Positions 40,476 through 52,140 of a DNA stretch of 64,000 bases are shown piece after piece (the first letter of the stretch is position 1; the number at the start of each line of letters is the position of its first letter). The notes below the pieces were generated by a model that saw nothing but the letters and a program-made list of their open reading frames with translations, made no database searches and was not told where the DNA came from. The translations under genes and the position numbers were made by a program. The stretch is from Euprymna scolopes (taxonomy: Eukaryota): the NCBI GenBank assembly GCA_053919585.1, contig CM132799.1. One strand, given 5' to 3'.

Positions 40476-40544
40476 TCTTGAAATATATTTTAACAGAAAA
40501 TGCATTCTAAAATACATCTTAGTTCTGGATTAAAAAAAATAAAT

Positions 40545-41425
40545 TGTTTATTGTTTTACTTGGCGGGTCTCCACTTATTAAGGCCCGGAAGCCACTCAAA
40601 TATAAGGGTAAAGTGTTAGATATATGGTGAGACAAGATCAGTCACGGTGATGGGGTACTTGGGTAGGGCTAGATTATTTAAATGGATGACGCAATAGAAA
40701 TGTAGGAGCAACTATACTAGCGAAATTCGAAATTTTTTATATTGAATTTCAAGGCAAAATAATGATCTCTACTTGTCATGTTACAGTAATGAATATATCC
40801 AAAAATTACGAAAAACGATAAGGTAGAAAAATAATTATTAAATAAAACATTTTTTGATAAAAATTAGTAAAAATAAAATGTTTGGCTAAATTGTTTTTAA
40901 AAATAAATGATGCGTATTGCCTTGTTACTTCCCTTGTTTTTATGTAACGTCTTCCCAAAGAAATATGGCAACGTTTTTTTTTACGATAAAGATCGAAAAC
41001 TAGTGATTTTTTTTTAATGCGGTAATATGTAAGTATTTCTGACATGCCAATTAAGTAGATATCATTATTTTAGTTGAAAGTGACACAAAAGTCAGTAGAT
41101 ATCATTGTTTTTTTGTAATCGATATTTTTTCGTTTTCCAAATTTTGCTGCTATAGTGTATTTGCACCAAAATTTATTCACCTCAGACTAAAGATAATCAT
41201 GTTATAGTCAGCCAGGAAGCAGCCAAACAGTATTGCGTTCCACAGACGGGCAGTTTTATGGGGGGGGGGAACTCTGCTCATGGAATTTCTGTTTAGTTCT
41301 GGGAACAGATAGACTGAGGAAAGTTGCTGGTGGTGGTTTCAGTTAGGCGAATATTTGTTATGAATGTTTTATGGGGGAGGGACCATATATCTGAGGTCAG
41401 TCGAATACCTACTATGAAAGTATCA
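40545..41425 (-). mobile_element. Old CR1/L2-like family A copy split into two pieces (40545-40720 and 41205-41425)
   Basis: Reverse 3' stem ccacttattaaggcccggaagccactc, and ORF-end similarity around tagtcagccaggaagcag...gggagggacca. Confidence 0.55.
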
Positions 41426-42386
41426 CTTTTTTGGTCTCTGTTAGCGGGGGAGTAATCATTCATGACTGATATTTTTTTTATTTTTGTTACTAACAGAGTG
41501 CCTCTTTTTGGGGAGCTGGTTTTCCTCCACATTAAAAACCAAACTTGTGTCTAACTCTTCCCTGGTGGGGAGGCAAGTAATCTTTTATGACTTGTGCTAC
41601 CAGATCAGGCTGTCTATTGGCTTCCTGAGACGAAATGCACCTACATTAAACTTCTGTTTTTGTTTTCTATTCTCTTTTGTAAAACTTAATTATGTTCTGC
41701 AAAAACAAAAACAACAGCCCCCTTCCCCTTCCCCCCCTTTTTTTTTCCTTCCCTATCCCTCCCCTTTTTTTCCTTCCCTACTTCCCAACCCCGTCGGTGG
41801 AGCATTAGAATACACTGACTGTCCCCCTGCAGAGAGTAAAAGCCTCTCAAAGGGACCACCTGTTGGCCGTGGGTGGCAACCCGTAATGACTCGGAAAAGG
41901 ATCCTGGTGGCTGAGCAACTGATATCTAGGGAAATTAAAGATTTGCAACACTCCACTTTGGCCTCGTACAAGGCTAGACAGGCGATCGGAGGGGCCCGAT
42001 CCTATCAATCGGCTAGTTACGTCAAGTCCTAACACATCTTCTACTTTTCTATCAATTTCCTCTAAACCGTAACAAATACAGTTCTACCCTGTACCACTAT
42101 AAACTATATACATATTTTCCCCTCTTTTCCATGTGTTAGAAGGCGGTGGCTAGGGTCAAATGTGCCAAATGACATGGCTTTATAGTGCTGGAAGTTACCA
42201 CAAATGGCTTGGATTGTGAAAGTAAAGGATTATGGGTGCTCATGGCTCCCATTTGGGACATGTATATTGTTTATGTAGCCCTGGCATGACAAGGCGAATG
42301 GGTTTCCTCCTTAACATGCCCCAATATAGTACTCCGAGGTGGGTGGGGAGCATAAACAATGAATTAAAAAATATATATATATATAT

Positions 42387-43605
42387 ATGGCCAAGTATAA
42401 AAACTCCAAACGCCAACACGTCGACTCGGATAGTTCAGATAATGAACTACATCAAACATCCTCAAAATTTATTATATTGGAATCCACCGAAGAAACCAAA
42501 ATAACTGCCTATCACAGTTTATTATACATAAAATTATATCGGCATATATTACCCCAAAAATATAAAAACTTTAAAAAATAAAACCCTACTGGTGGAAGTG
42601 GAAAGAGAAAAACATGCCACTTTTCTCCTAGTAATGAAAACTTTCCACAACATAAATATCAAAACTTATCCACACAAGAATCTGAATACGTCCAAAGATG
42701 TAGTAAAATCGAAAGACCTATCAATGTGCACTACTGAAGAAATAAAAAAAAGAACTTAAAAACCAAGGAGTAACAAACGTTAAAAAAATTACAATAAAAA
42801 AGAGAATCGGACTATACATACGAACACTTACATTATGCAGTTCAATAGACCAACTATCCAAAAAAAAATCAAAATTGGGTTCAACATTGAAAAAGTTGAA
42901 CCCTTTATACCAAACCCACTAAGGTGCTTTAAATGCCAGAAGTTTGGGCACCATGAGGATGCATGTAGGGGACGAGCAGTGTGTGGCAGATGTGGCCAGA
43001 AAAATCCAGACCACACTGTCAACGGCTGCAATCTTGATTGCAAATGTGCAAATTGTGGAGAAAACCATCCTGCTTATGCTAGAGCATGCAGAATCTGGAA
43101 GAAAGAAAAGGAAGTAGTGTCAATAAAACATACCAAAAACATTTCCTTCCTCGAAGCCAGGAAAATAGTAGATGGATACATGAAGGAAAAGACGTACTCT
43201 CAAGTCACCTCCAATTGTATATCATCCAACATCACTAACCAAAACTACAAATACGAAATACTAATAAACAAATTGTTACAATTGGGACCAAACGATTGGC
43301 CCAAATTTATAAATGAAATCAAACCAAACATATCAAAAATTAATCATCCCATTAAATCATCAACTAATGTTACCAATAAAACAAATTCTCAACCAAAATC
43401 AGAACATCCAAAAAAACAAAGTCGATCAAAAGAAAAACCACAAAAATCACCAGTACGTCATGCAGATACTGAAAAAACGAAACTAAGGAAAAAAAAGAAT
43501 CAGTTTAAAGAAAAACCACACAGGTCACCAATACATCTTTCCCGTGGTGAAAAAAACACACTTGAAAAACAAACAAAAGATACATCTACCAAAAAAACAA
43601 AATAA
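42387..43605 (+). pseudogene. LINE ORF1 (gag-like, three zinc knuckles), frameshifted
   Basis: MAKYKNSKRQH..., frameshifts near 42510 and 42750, then PNPLRCFKCQKFGH...CGRCGQKNPDH...CANCGENHPAYARAC. Confidence 0.88.
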
Positions 43606-43719
43606 TATAAAGAAATTACCACAAACAGAAGCTACTACTACTACAAATAGATTTACAGAATTAGAAGACGTGGAAACTGAACTTACTCCTCAAACCAAAA
43701 AAAAAAAAAAAAAATCATC

Positions 43720-44316
43720 ATGAGTTACAAGATAATCCAATGGAATTGCTGTGGATTGAAGGCAAATTACAATGAAATTTTATTGTTGCAAACCAAATTT
43801 AATCCTTTGGTTATTTGTCTCCAAGAAACCTTCCTCAAGGAAGAGGACAATTTGAATATAAAAAATTATCAGCAATATAACTATATTCATAATACAGGAC
43901 TTAGGGCCTCTGGTGGTGTATCAGTATTCATTAAAAATAACATACCCCAGAGCCAAATTGAATTAAAAACAAATTTGCAAGCGGTTGCCATAAGAGCAAC
44001 TTTACACAAACCGATAAGCATTTGTTCTTTATACATACCTCTACATGAACAAATCGATGAAAATGAATTGGAGAACTTAATAGGGCAAATACCCAAACCC
44101 TTTATTTTCCTAGGGGACTTAAATAGTCACAACACCTTATGGGGATGCAAGGAAACGGATAGAAAGGGAATGAAAATTGGAAATCTAATAAATAAAAATA
44201 ATCTATGCTTGTTCAACCAAAAAAGAAGCTACTCACATCAATCCAACAAATGGAACGCTAAAATAACTGGATACAACATCGAATACTATTCCCAAAATAA
44301 CTGGATTCGGCATTAA
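43720..44316 (+). pseudogene. LINE ORF2 apurinic-like endonuclease (APE) domain, truncated
   Basis: IIQWNCCGL, VICLQET, SLYIP and LGDLNSHNTLWG motifs; homology stops near 44240. Confidence 0.9.
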
Positions 44317-44611
44317 ATAACTCACAAAGGGTTGATATGCCGTTAAACAAAACCAAAAAAAAAAAAAAAAAATCTTATATGATAAAGAGGAAGTAGGGAG
44401 ACAAAAACATCATTGCTCACTAGATTTTGAAGACGATTTTGTACCCTGTCAAAACGGAAAAGGGTGCTTTTAGGAGCTCCATCCCAGATATGGCAACAGT
44501 ATTCCATCTTAGGGATTGAGTTATATTTTTTAATTAAAATCTGTTTTAATTGTTAACTATAATTTATTAGTTAGTTTAGTTAACTGAACAAATCGCTCAT
44601 CTTCCTGTTTT

Positions 44612-45436
44612 TTTTCTTGTTTTTTGTTTTTTTTTTCATTTCGACTCCAAACAAGGCACAATGCCACTTTGATGTATGGGGCTACTATTAGGGACACAGG
44701 CTACAGGGGTACTAGGTGGGGAGTTGGGTTGTAAGATGTCGGTTCACATTACACTTGAACTTCTGCATGTCAGTACAGTTGAGGAAGCAGGAACCTGGCA
44801 GGGAGTTCCAAAGTCTAGCAGTTCTGGGGAAGAAACTACTGGAGTAGAAGGCTCTCTTACATCTAGGGATATCTACTGTGAAGGGGTGGGATTTTACTGC
44901 TTGTTGGGTTTGTCGGGGGTATTTACGTAGAGGGGGTACAAGTGCTTGCAGCTTGTCGGAACATTTACCGTTAAAGTACTTGTAGAACAGGCAGAGGGAT
45001 GCTACATTGCGTCGCTGGGACAGAGGCTGAAGCTTGGATGATAGTTCAGGACCTATCAGGTTGGCAACTCTCTTTTGAACTTTGTCTAGGAGTGAGAGAC
45101 TAGTAGCAGATACATCGGCCCAAATATGACAACAATACTCCATACATGGGCGAATGGTGGTCTTATAGAGGTACAGGATACTTTCAGGTGTCAGTAGCTT
45201 TCTAGCACGGTAGAGAGAACCTACCAGCGGTCCTGGCAATGCTCTCAATGTAATTGTTCCAACTCATGTTTCCTGTGAACGTTAGGCTGAGGAGTTTAAA
45301 AGATGTGCTTTCAAATAAATAGTCTTTGGTCATTGCTATTGGTGGTAGAAAAGGTTTCTTGTAGTTATTGAAGGAAACAAGTTTAGTCTTGGCAGCATTG
45401 AATGTGACCATCCATTTTTGTCCCCCATTACAGATT
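44612..45436 (-). mobile_element. CR1/L2-like family B 3' part
   Basis: ORFs 45202-45411 (VTFNAAKTK...SWNNYI) and 44712-45248 (IRPCMEYCCHIW...FFPRTARLWNSLP), then 3' UTR and T tract. Confidence 0.9.
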
Positions 45437-45947
45437 GTTATCTTTTGTATTTCACACCTCTCACTCTATGCTGATTCAACCACTCTAATATTTCCCCTCT
45501 ACCTCTGGCCATTTAGAAAAAAAGAGTAATTCTCTTTTTTTTTTTTTAAGGGTAATCATCTAATTTACATGTGTGTCTGTGCATACTACAAAAACATGTT
45601 TGAATTAGATAGCAAAGTAATAAGTCACTTGTTTTTTTTTTGTTTTTGTTTTTTTTTGGCAGGATGGGTCTTATGAAATGTGCCCCCACCTCTAAAGAAA
45701 AAAAAGTGTCAGCCTTGGCTGATATCACACAAAATATGCATGAAGGGTTAAAGAGGATAGAAGGCACTATGCACTAGATGAGTGCAAAGTGTACTAAGAC
45801 CATAAAGAGGCTTATTGCCACTTAAATCCCAGTGAAGGCCAATGGTTGTTGCCAGTGAGAAGTCAATTGCAATAACACAAAGTAATTTGCAAAGATTATT
45901 AAGAGCTAAAGAGTACTGGAAATATGAAGGGACTTGTTGTCACTTAA

Positions 45948-46310
45948 TCCATCCATCCAACCATCCAGTGCGGCCGTAGCCGGGATTGAACTCACTACAC
46001 AAGTTTGTAGTGTAATTCAAATCTTGTCAGTAGCTGAATACTTGGTACTTCGCCAGGGCTATCAAGGGTATTTTTTATCGTGATTCCAAACGTCATCACA
46101 AGACAGAGTGCCTACCACAGCTTAAGAGAGTCCCATTTACCCTCAAGAGAAGGATAAACTGCGCCAGTTTCTCAACCTGGTATTTTTAACTTGCGGTACA
46201 TACAGCGCCTAGCCTTTCTAAATGGTCACCCATCTGGTACTGGCCAGGCTCAATGTTGTTTAACTTCGGTGATCTGGTGAGAACCGGTGTGTCAGCGTGA
46301 TTATGCCAAG
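45948..46310 (-). mobile_element. 5S-derived SINE, body type 3, with (GGAT)n tail
   Basis: 5S-like head at about 46195-46310, a unique body and a ggctacggccgcactggatggttggatggatgga tail. TSD tgtcactYaa at 45938-45947 and 46311-46320 (one mismatch). Confidence 0.8.
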
Positions 46311-46478
46311 TGTCACTCAAACTCCAGGGAACACCACCGTTTGTTGTCAGTGAGTAATCTCTGATGATGACTTGTGTGAGAACTCCTAGTGAGTACCAAA
46401 ATAATATAGTGGTTTTTATGAATTTTCAAATGAAATTTCATAGTAAATATTTCTCATGGTTGTGACCCAACGGGTCAA

Positions 46479-46572
46479 GTTACATTAGATTATCCTAGTT
46501 ACATTAGATTATCCTAGTTACATTAGATTATCCTAGTTACATTAGATTATCCTAGTTACATTAGATTATCCT
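46479..46572. repeat. 19-bp tandem repeat GTTACATTAGATTATCCTA x5
   Basis: Direct inspection; the copies are identical apart from the truncated last one. Confidence 0.95.
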
Positions 46573-46978
46573 TGAAATGTTCAAATCAAAAATAAAATAC
46601 AAATCAATAATTAAATTAAGGTAAGTTATAGCGATATAATAATATGAATGATATTGAAATAATATATAACTGACATTGTCTCCCATATAATAAAATAACT
46701 GAAGAAATTCCCCTCTGGATTAAAGTATCGAAGGTTTGCAACAACAGATGTTGCATGCAAATTCAATACATTTAGCTTAACAGCCTATGTAGCTGTTGTA
46801 AAAATAGCAATCATGGTGAAAATAGTAGTCCAGATAATCCAAATTATAAATCCTGATCTCCAAAAATTCTGGAAGATGTTGATTTAATTTATATTCGGCA
46901 TACTTGGAACCCAAACAATTCCGGGTAAGTCAACTAGTCTATGTGTCATATATAATTCATATGCGTTAATTCATTGTC

Positions 46979-47642
46979 GCTGGAAAAATGGTGGGATCTT
47001 TCTATCGATCCGGTAAATATCTCACTGCTGATGCTATTCTTTATCTATATAAGAGCCAGGTACGTCCAAGGATGGAATATTGTTGCCACATCTGGGTAGG
47101 AGCTGCTAAAAAGGACTTGTCCTGCCTTGATAGAGTTCACAATAGACTTCGTAGCCTCGTAGGAAATGTCCTTTTCTCTTCCTTGCAACCTCTATCTCAC
47201 AGAAGAGATGTTGCGAGTTTGTCTCTGATGTATCGTTATTTTCATGGAAGGTGTTCAACTGAGCTTCAATCTATGGTCCCCCCTCGCTAAACTTTCACAA
47301 GAAACACTCGTCTAGCTGTACACACTATCAATAATTCCCCTCACTCTTTATCTGTGCCTAAACCTAAACGTAGATTCCATGAACAAAGCTTTTTTATTAG
47401 AACTGCACGCCTGTGGAATTGTCTTCCGTTTTCCTGCTTTCCGGCTGACTACAATATGGTTGTGTTCAAGTCTAACGTAAATAAGTTCTTGATGAGCCGT
47501 TCTATATAAGTTATCAAATTTACCAAATTTTCATTACTAATGATTACTATATTGTCCAATGTCTACTGTACACTCTTTAACCCTTATCCTTGAGTGACCT
47601 CTTGGCCTTGATAAGTGGTGATGCCTATGTAAAAAAAAAAAA
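46979..47642 (+). mobile_element. CR1/L2-like family A 3' part with poly(A)
   Basis: ORF 46988-47290 (VRPRMEYCCHIW...LQPLSHRRDVASLSLMYRYFHG), 3' UTR and A tail ending 48 nt before the FAK exon. Confidence 0.9.
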
Positions 47643-47690
47643 TTAACTACTTTATTTTACTTTATTTTATTTTCTTTGTTCTTCTCTCAG

Positions 47691-47770
47691 GTTCGAAATG
47701 ATTACATGAGAGATATTGCTGAACACATAGATCCTGATGTCGCCATTCGGCTCGGCTGTATAGAAATGAG
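47691..47770 (+). CDS. PTK2: FAK FERM exon (80 nt): VRNDYMRDIAEHIDPDVAIRLGCIEM(R)
   Basis: Long polypyrimidine tract plus cAG, donor GTgagc at 47771. Matches FAK [27 protein letters not shown]. Ends with AG (phase 2), completed to AGA by the first base of the next exon. Confidence 0.95.
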
Positions 47771-49279
47771 GTGAGCATCTTTTATCATTTTCTTGCATAA
47801 CAAATTTCATGTTCCACTGTCTAATTAAAAGAATAAGGTATCCTTTGTTTATGTTCTTGTCTATTGCACGAGGGGTGTGTAATGTGAGGTGACTGCACAG
47901 AAAGGTTAAATCTGGACAGTATAAAGGAAATGTGTGCAGAAAACAGGAGACATTCTTGGTTTGGTCACATTAAAAAAAGATGGATGAGAATTCTTGAGTT
48001 TGTAGATGTAAAACATTTGAGGTAGCAGGGTCACTGGCAGTAGATGTCCAGAGAATATATCCGAGGAAGTCATGAGGATGTATTTGAGAGAAAGAGGGAT
48101 AAGTAAAGACTTGGTCAGAGATAGGTTAGTTTGTAAATACGTTTCTAAAAGCTGTCCAGTACATGCCAACTTGTAAAACAAACATAAACAATAATAAGAC
48201 TGAAATGTAAATATAACTGATAAATATACAAATAAATAAAATAAAAAGATTAAAAAAATAAATAAATTGTAAGTTAACAAGAGTAGATAATTTCTTATTA
48301 TTTTTTGATTATTTATCATCATTTTTATTTTAATGGAAATCGCTTGAGACAAGGCATAAAACTACTTGATGTAAGGAACTAATAGAATTTTTTTTTTTAT
48401 ATTACTTTCAAGGTCAAAAACGTGCCAACAATATAATGTCTATATATATAAAAGTTACTGTCTAATTTGTATTTATTTCTAGACTATTGTGCACTGCTGA
48501 GCATGCAAGTTATTATCACAAAATTTGAAAGTTTGATGGTGCAGTAATATATTTTTTTATTATTGTTTATTGTAATGAATGAGTTGGAGATGTCTGGCAA
48601 GTAAGAAATTGTGGTTATCAAACTTTCAAATTCTCCAGCCAGCTGTTCCTACCCCCTTCAGATCTCAAATCAATCAGATTAATATAGCAGTTTTGGATGC
48701 CCACACATCCTCAACTGTCACATCTACTCTGGGATGTAGACATGCTTCTTTTGGTATGTCATTTATGCGCCTTCGAATTGTGGATTGTTTCGCAGACCGA
48801 TGTATTCCTTTCCACTTTTATGCAAGTGGCTTCTGCATCGGCAGCACAATGTCATTCTTCCCATCAAACAGATGGTATATCTGTCTTTAGCCACTTAGAC
48901 ACAATATCCTGTTTACCTCAACCTTAGTGCAGTCATTAAGGCCATCCCATAAGTGGATATTCTATATATGGTTATTAATCGAATGTGTACTTAAGTTCAG
49001 TGAAGTGTAGTCGGAAGAGAAATGTTAATAGTGAGGTCATGGGAATTACGATATACCTACAGTAAATGGGAACCACTGAAACTTAGATCCGCAATTCTTT
49101 GCTCAGAAAGGGGGGTGGGGTCACACGCAAAAGTCTGTAAAGTTTCTTAACTTGTTGGACATGGCATTGTACACTTGCCTTTTCTTGATTAAAGCAATCT
49201 GACTGGAGCTCAATATAAAGCTCTTCATAAAAACAAATGGAAAACTTTTTTTTTATGTAAACATTAAGATTTTGCTTAC

Positions 49280-49470
49280 TTATGACTGGGCTATGACAAC
49301 AGCATATTCTTTTCATTGTTTCGACTCTCGAGTGTGTATCTGTTGATATCTTATATACTTTTATGTAGAGTGATGTGGTTCTCGGCTGAATCACTGTGTC
49401 TCGAGTCAGATGTATACTCGAGAGTCAAAACAATGACAAGAATATTCTGTTGTTATAGCCCTAATTATAA
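49280..49470. repeat. Small inverted-repeat element (~63-bp arms)
   Basis: gggctatgacaacagcatattctt...actctcgagt / actcgagagt...aagaatattctgttgttatagccc. Confidence 0.75.
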
Positions 49471-49592
49471 CTTGTGATTGACAGGTGAATGGGTAGAGGC
49501 ACCAACTTTCTGCTAAATTGGCATGTCTTGCCTCATCAAAGAGCTTTGATTCAGCAAAACAATCTTGATATACATATATATATATATATATA

Positions 49593-49976
49593 TATAAGAG
49601 AAAGAAAATTAAAACTGTAAGTTAAACTTTACAATCAAAATTTATTGTTCGACTGAATACTCCAAAAAACAATTTACAAAGTTCTTATTCCGCAGAGTTT
49701 CAAAGAATGCTATTCTTGTTATTCTTCTCATCAGAGGACATAAAGAAATCAGCAAATTATATTTGTAGCAATTTATTATGTGTGGTTATATATATATATA
49801 ATTACATATCCAACATTTTCTTCACTTTTTTTTTATTTGGCAATTTATAACTACAATAAATTGCGGTTTCACTTAATGTCTTACCTAGCAAATTCCAGCA
49901 TTTCTACAAATATAATTTGCTTATTGTAAATTTTGATTGTAAAGTTCAACTTAGTTTTAATTTTCTTTCTCTTATA
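49593..49976. repeat. Inverted-repeat element containing a degenerate hammerhead-like core
   Basis: Arms 49593-49645 and 49928-49976. Minus strand 49738-49690 reads CTGATGA gaagaat..attcttt GAAA. Confidence 0.6.
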
Positions 49977-50137
49977 ATAAGCTCTACTCTCTATTGCATA
50001 TTGAGCTTTTTTATTCGGTTGGGATTAAATTATAATAATTATAAAAAATATATATAAATACTGTTATTTATGTTAGTTTGAAGTTTACCATTGCGTATAT
50101 CAGGTAAACACTACATCCCTTTGATTTTATTAATATA

Positions 50138-52081
50138 TCTATAATATAAAGCTCTGTGTGTGTCTGGTCACGAATAGGCTCCTATATAGTTGACTATTTT
50201 AAAAAACTGATTACATATAATGATAGAAGATGTATCGAGGATCAGGAATGGGTATGTTTGATCTGGCAGAACGGTGGTTCATAAAAAATTGTGGGGTCTG
50301 CGTTCGCGCCTGACCCTCAATGTATGGAAATAAAAAATTTAAAAAAAAAATGTTTACAGGGGTTTTTGATATAGATGCAAATAAGAATACTTTGATAAGT
50401 ATGTTTCAACTTAAATAGGGATGGTATAATAAAATTGTGGGGTCTGCGTTCGCGCCTGTACTCCATGGAAATATGGCACAAACTTTAAGAAAGACTTTTC
50501 ATATCTATTTGCGTAAGTATACTTTGATAATTATGTTTCAGTTTGAAGAAATATGATATAATAAAATTATTGGGTGTTCGTTCGCGTCTGACCTCCATAG
50601 AATGTAAATATGTCACAAAGTTTAACAAGGTTTTTTAAAATGGGTGAGGGTCCACAATAACACCTTAACTTTAATCTTAATTCACGTTAACTTTTATTCA
50701 TTTTTTTGAGTTGAATCATATTGTGTCGAATAAATTCACATCATAAATTCATGTTCTTATTAAAGTGAAAGCCAAAAAAAAAGTCGGAACTTTAGACAAT
50801 TCTCAACACAAATTTTGCATAACTCTTTTTTTCCTTCTCCACTTGCACATGGCACTCTTTCGAAAATAGATAAATAATAAAAAATAAGAACGTTACTTGT
50901 TATCGTATCAAAAGAAGGAAAAAATCCTGCTCACGTGATTATGTGTCTTTTTAAAAACATTTACATAACCTTTTTATTTTTATTTATATATCTGTTTAAG
51001 CTTTTTTTGTCAGTGTACTAGAAGCAATTCAGTTGACTACAACCCTTCATTACAATAGTACAACCCTGAATCCGATGGCGCAATACTACACCGTTCAATA
51101 CTGTAAAACTGAAACGAAGCTGTTCTGCTTGAAAAGGGCACCATTTTCTTCTCATTCATATTTATATTGATTCTTTGCTTTAAAAAACTAAAGTAATTAC
51201 GTGTTTACTTTTTTAATATCCCATTTTGCTGTTTCGGATTATTTTACTAAAGTAAAGCTTCATTATTTTTCAAAACTGTTTTTGTTTCTTTATTTTTCGA
51301 TATTTCGTCAATATTATTTAGTAAGAGTGTTTAGCAGAAAAGACTACCCGAAAAAATAAATATACAAGAAATAAATGCTACCATAGTCAATAAAAGTTCA
51401 GTTCATGTTTTTTTTTTGTTTGTTTTGAAATAAATTTTAATGCTCTTTACTTTAAAACGAAATTTTAGGCGATAACTACTTAAATGAATTTTTATATAAA
51501 TTACACATGCCATAATCGAATATTCCTCAAGGACAAAATAACGGAAAACATTAAAATATGTTTATAAATATTCCTTACGTTGATGGAACTCTCTTAAATT
51601 GTTAACACAGAATGCTCAGGTGCCCCTCCTTCAAATTGAAAACGGGGCTCTCCATTTCAAAGTCGCTGCCATTTTGAGTTTTTTTTTTTAACCGGTTCAT
51701 GAATTTAAAAAAAAAAAATTTTTTTTCTTTACAAACTACTTAAAAATACAAACCAATGAACTTTTCTACCATAAAAGTAACTTTTATTGACTATGGTAAT
51801 ATTTATTTCTTGTATATTTATCTTATATATACAACATTTTCTCTTTGTAAGGGAAGCTCATTGTGTTGGTCACTCTTTGCTACGAATGGAAACAAAGTTG
51901 ATATAAAAATATATATTTTTGCGAAAATTATCTTTACTTTCCTCATAGAGTAAAATTTTTGAGTATCAAAACCTATTTCTTTACAACCCCCTCCTTTTCA
52001 TAACCTATCATACTTTCATTAATCACAGTCCATTTTCTGTAGGCTGTTTTTGAACCCAGTCAACGAAGGGTACTTCTGTTA

Positions 52082-52082
<1 letters not shown>
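50138..52082 (+). mobile_element. About 1.95-kb non-autonomous Helitron-like element
   Basis: A|TCtataatataaa start, three internal subrepeats (aaaattgtggggtctgcgttcgcgcctg near 50285, 50431 and 50563), and end cccagtcaacgaaggg..TTAG|T. Confidence 0.65.

Positions 52083-52140
<58 letters not shown>

Larger units (their letters stand above)
41790..44372 (+). mobile_element. I/Nimb-group non-LTR retrotransposon, internally deleted (5' UTR, ORF1, APE domain, 3' tail)
   Basis: ORF1 with CCHC knuckles, ORF2 APE start, then the tail ggattcggcattaaataac...gatatgccg and poly(A). No RT or RNase H region is present. Confidence 0.85.

Noticed and set aside
41484-42032. 182-aa ORF
   Set aside because: Spans low-complexity sequence and the LINE 5' UTR; no recognisable domain.
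953-47690. Nested host gene or extra FAK exons in the large intron
   Set aside because: The flanking exons join in frame and collinearly with FAK (YDQ|VRND). No non-transposon ORF with recognisable homology was seen, although micro-exons cannot be excluded by eye.
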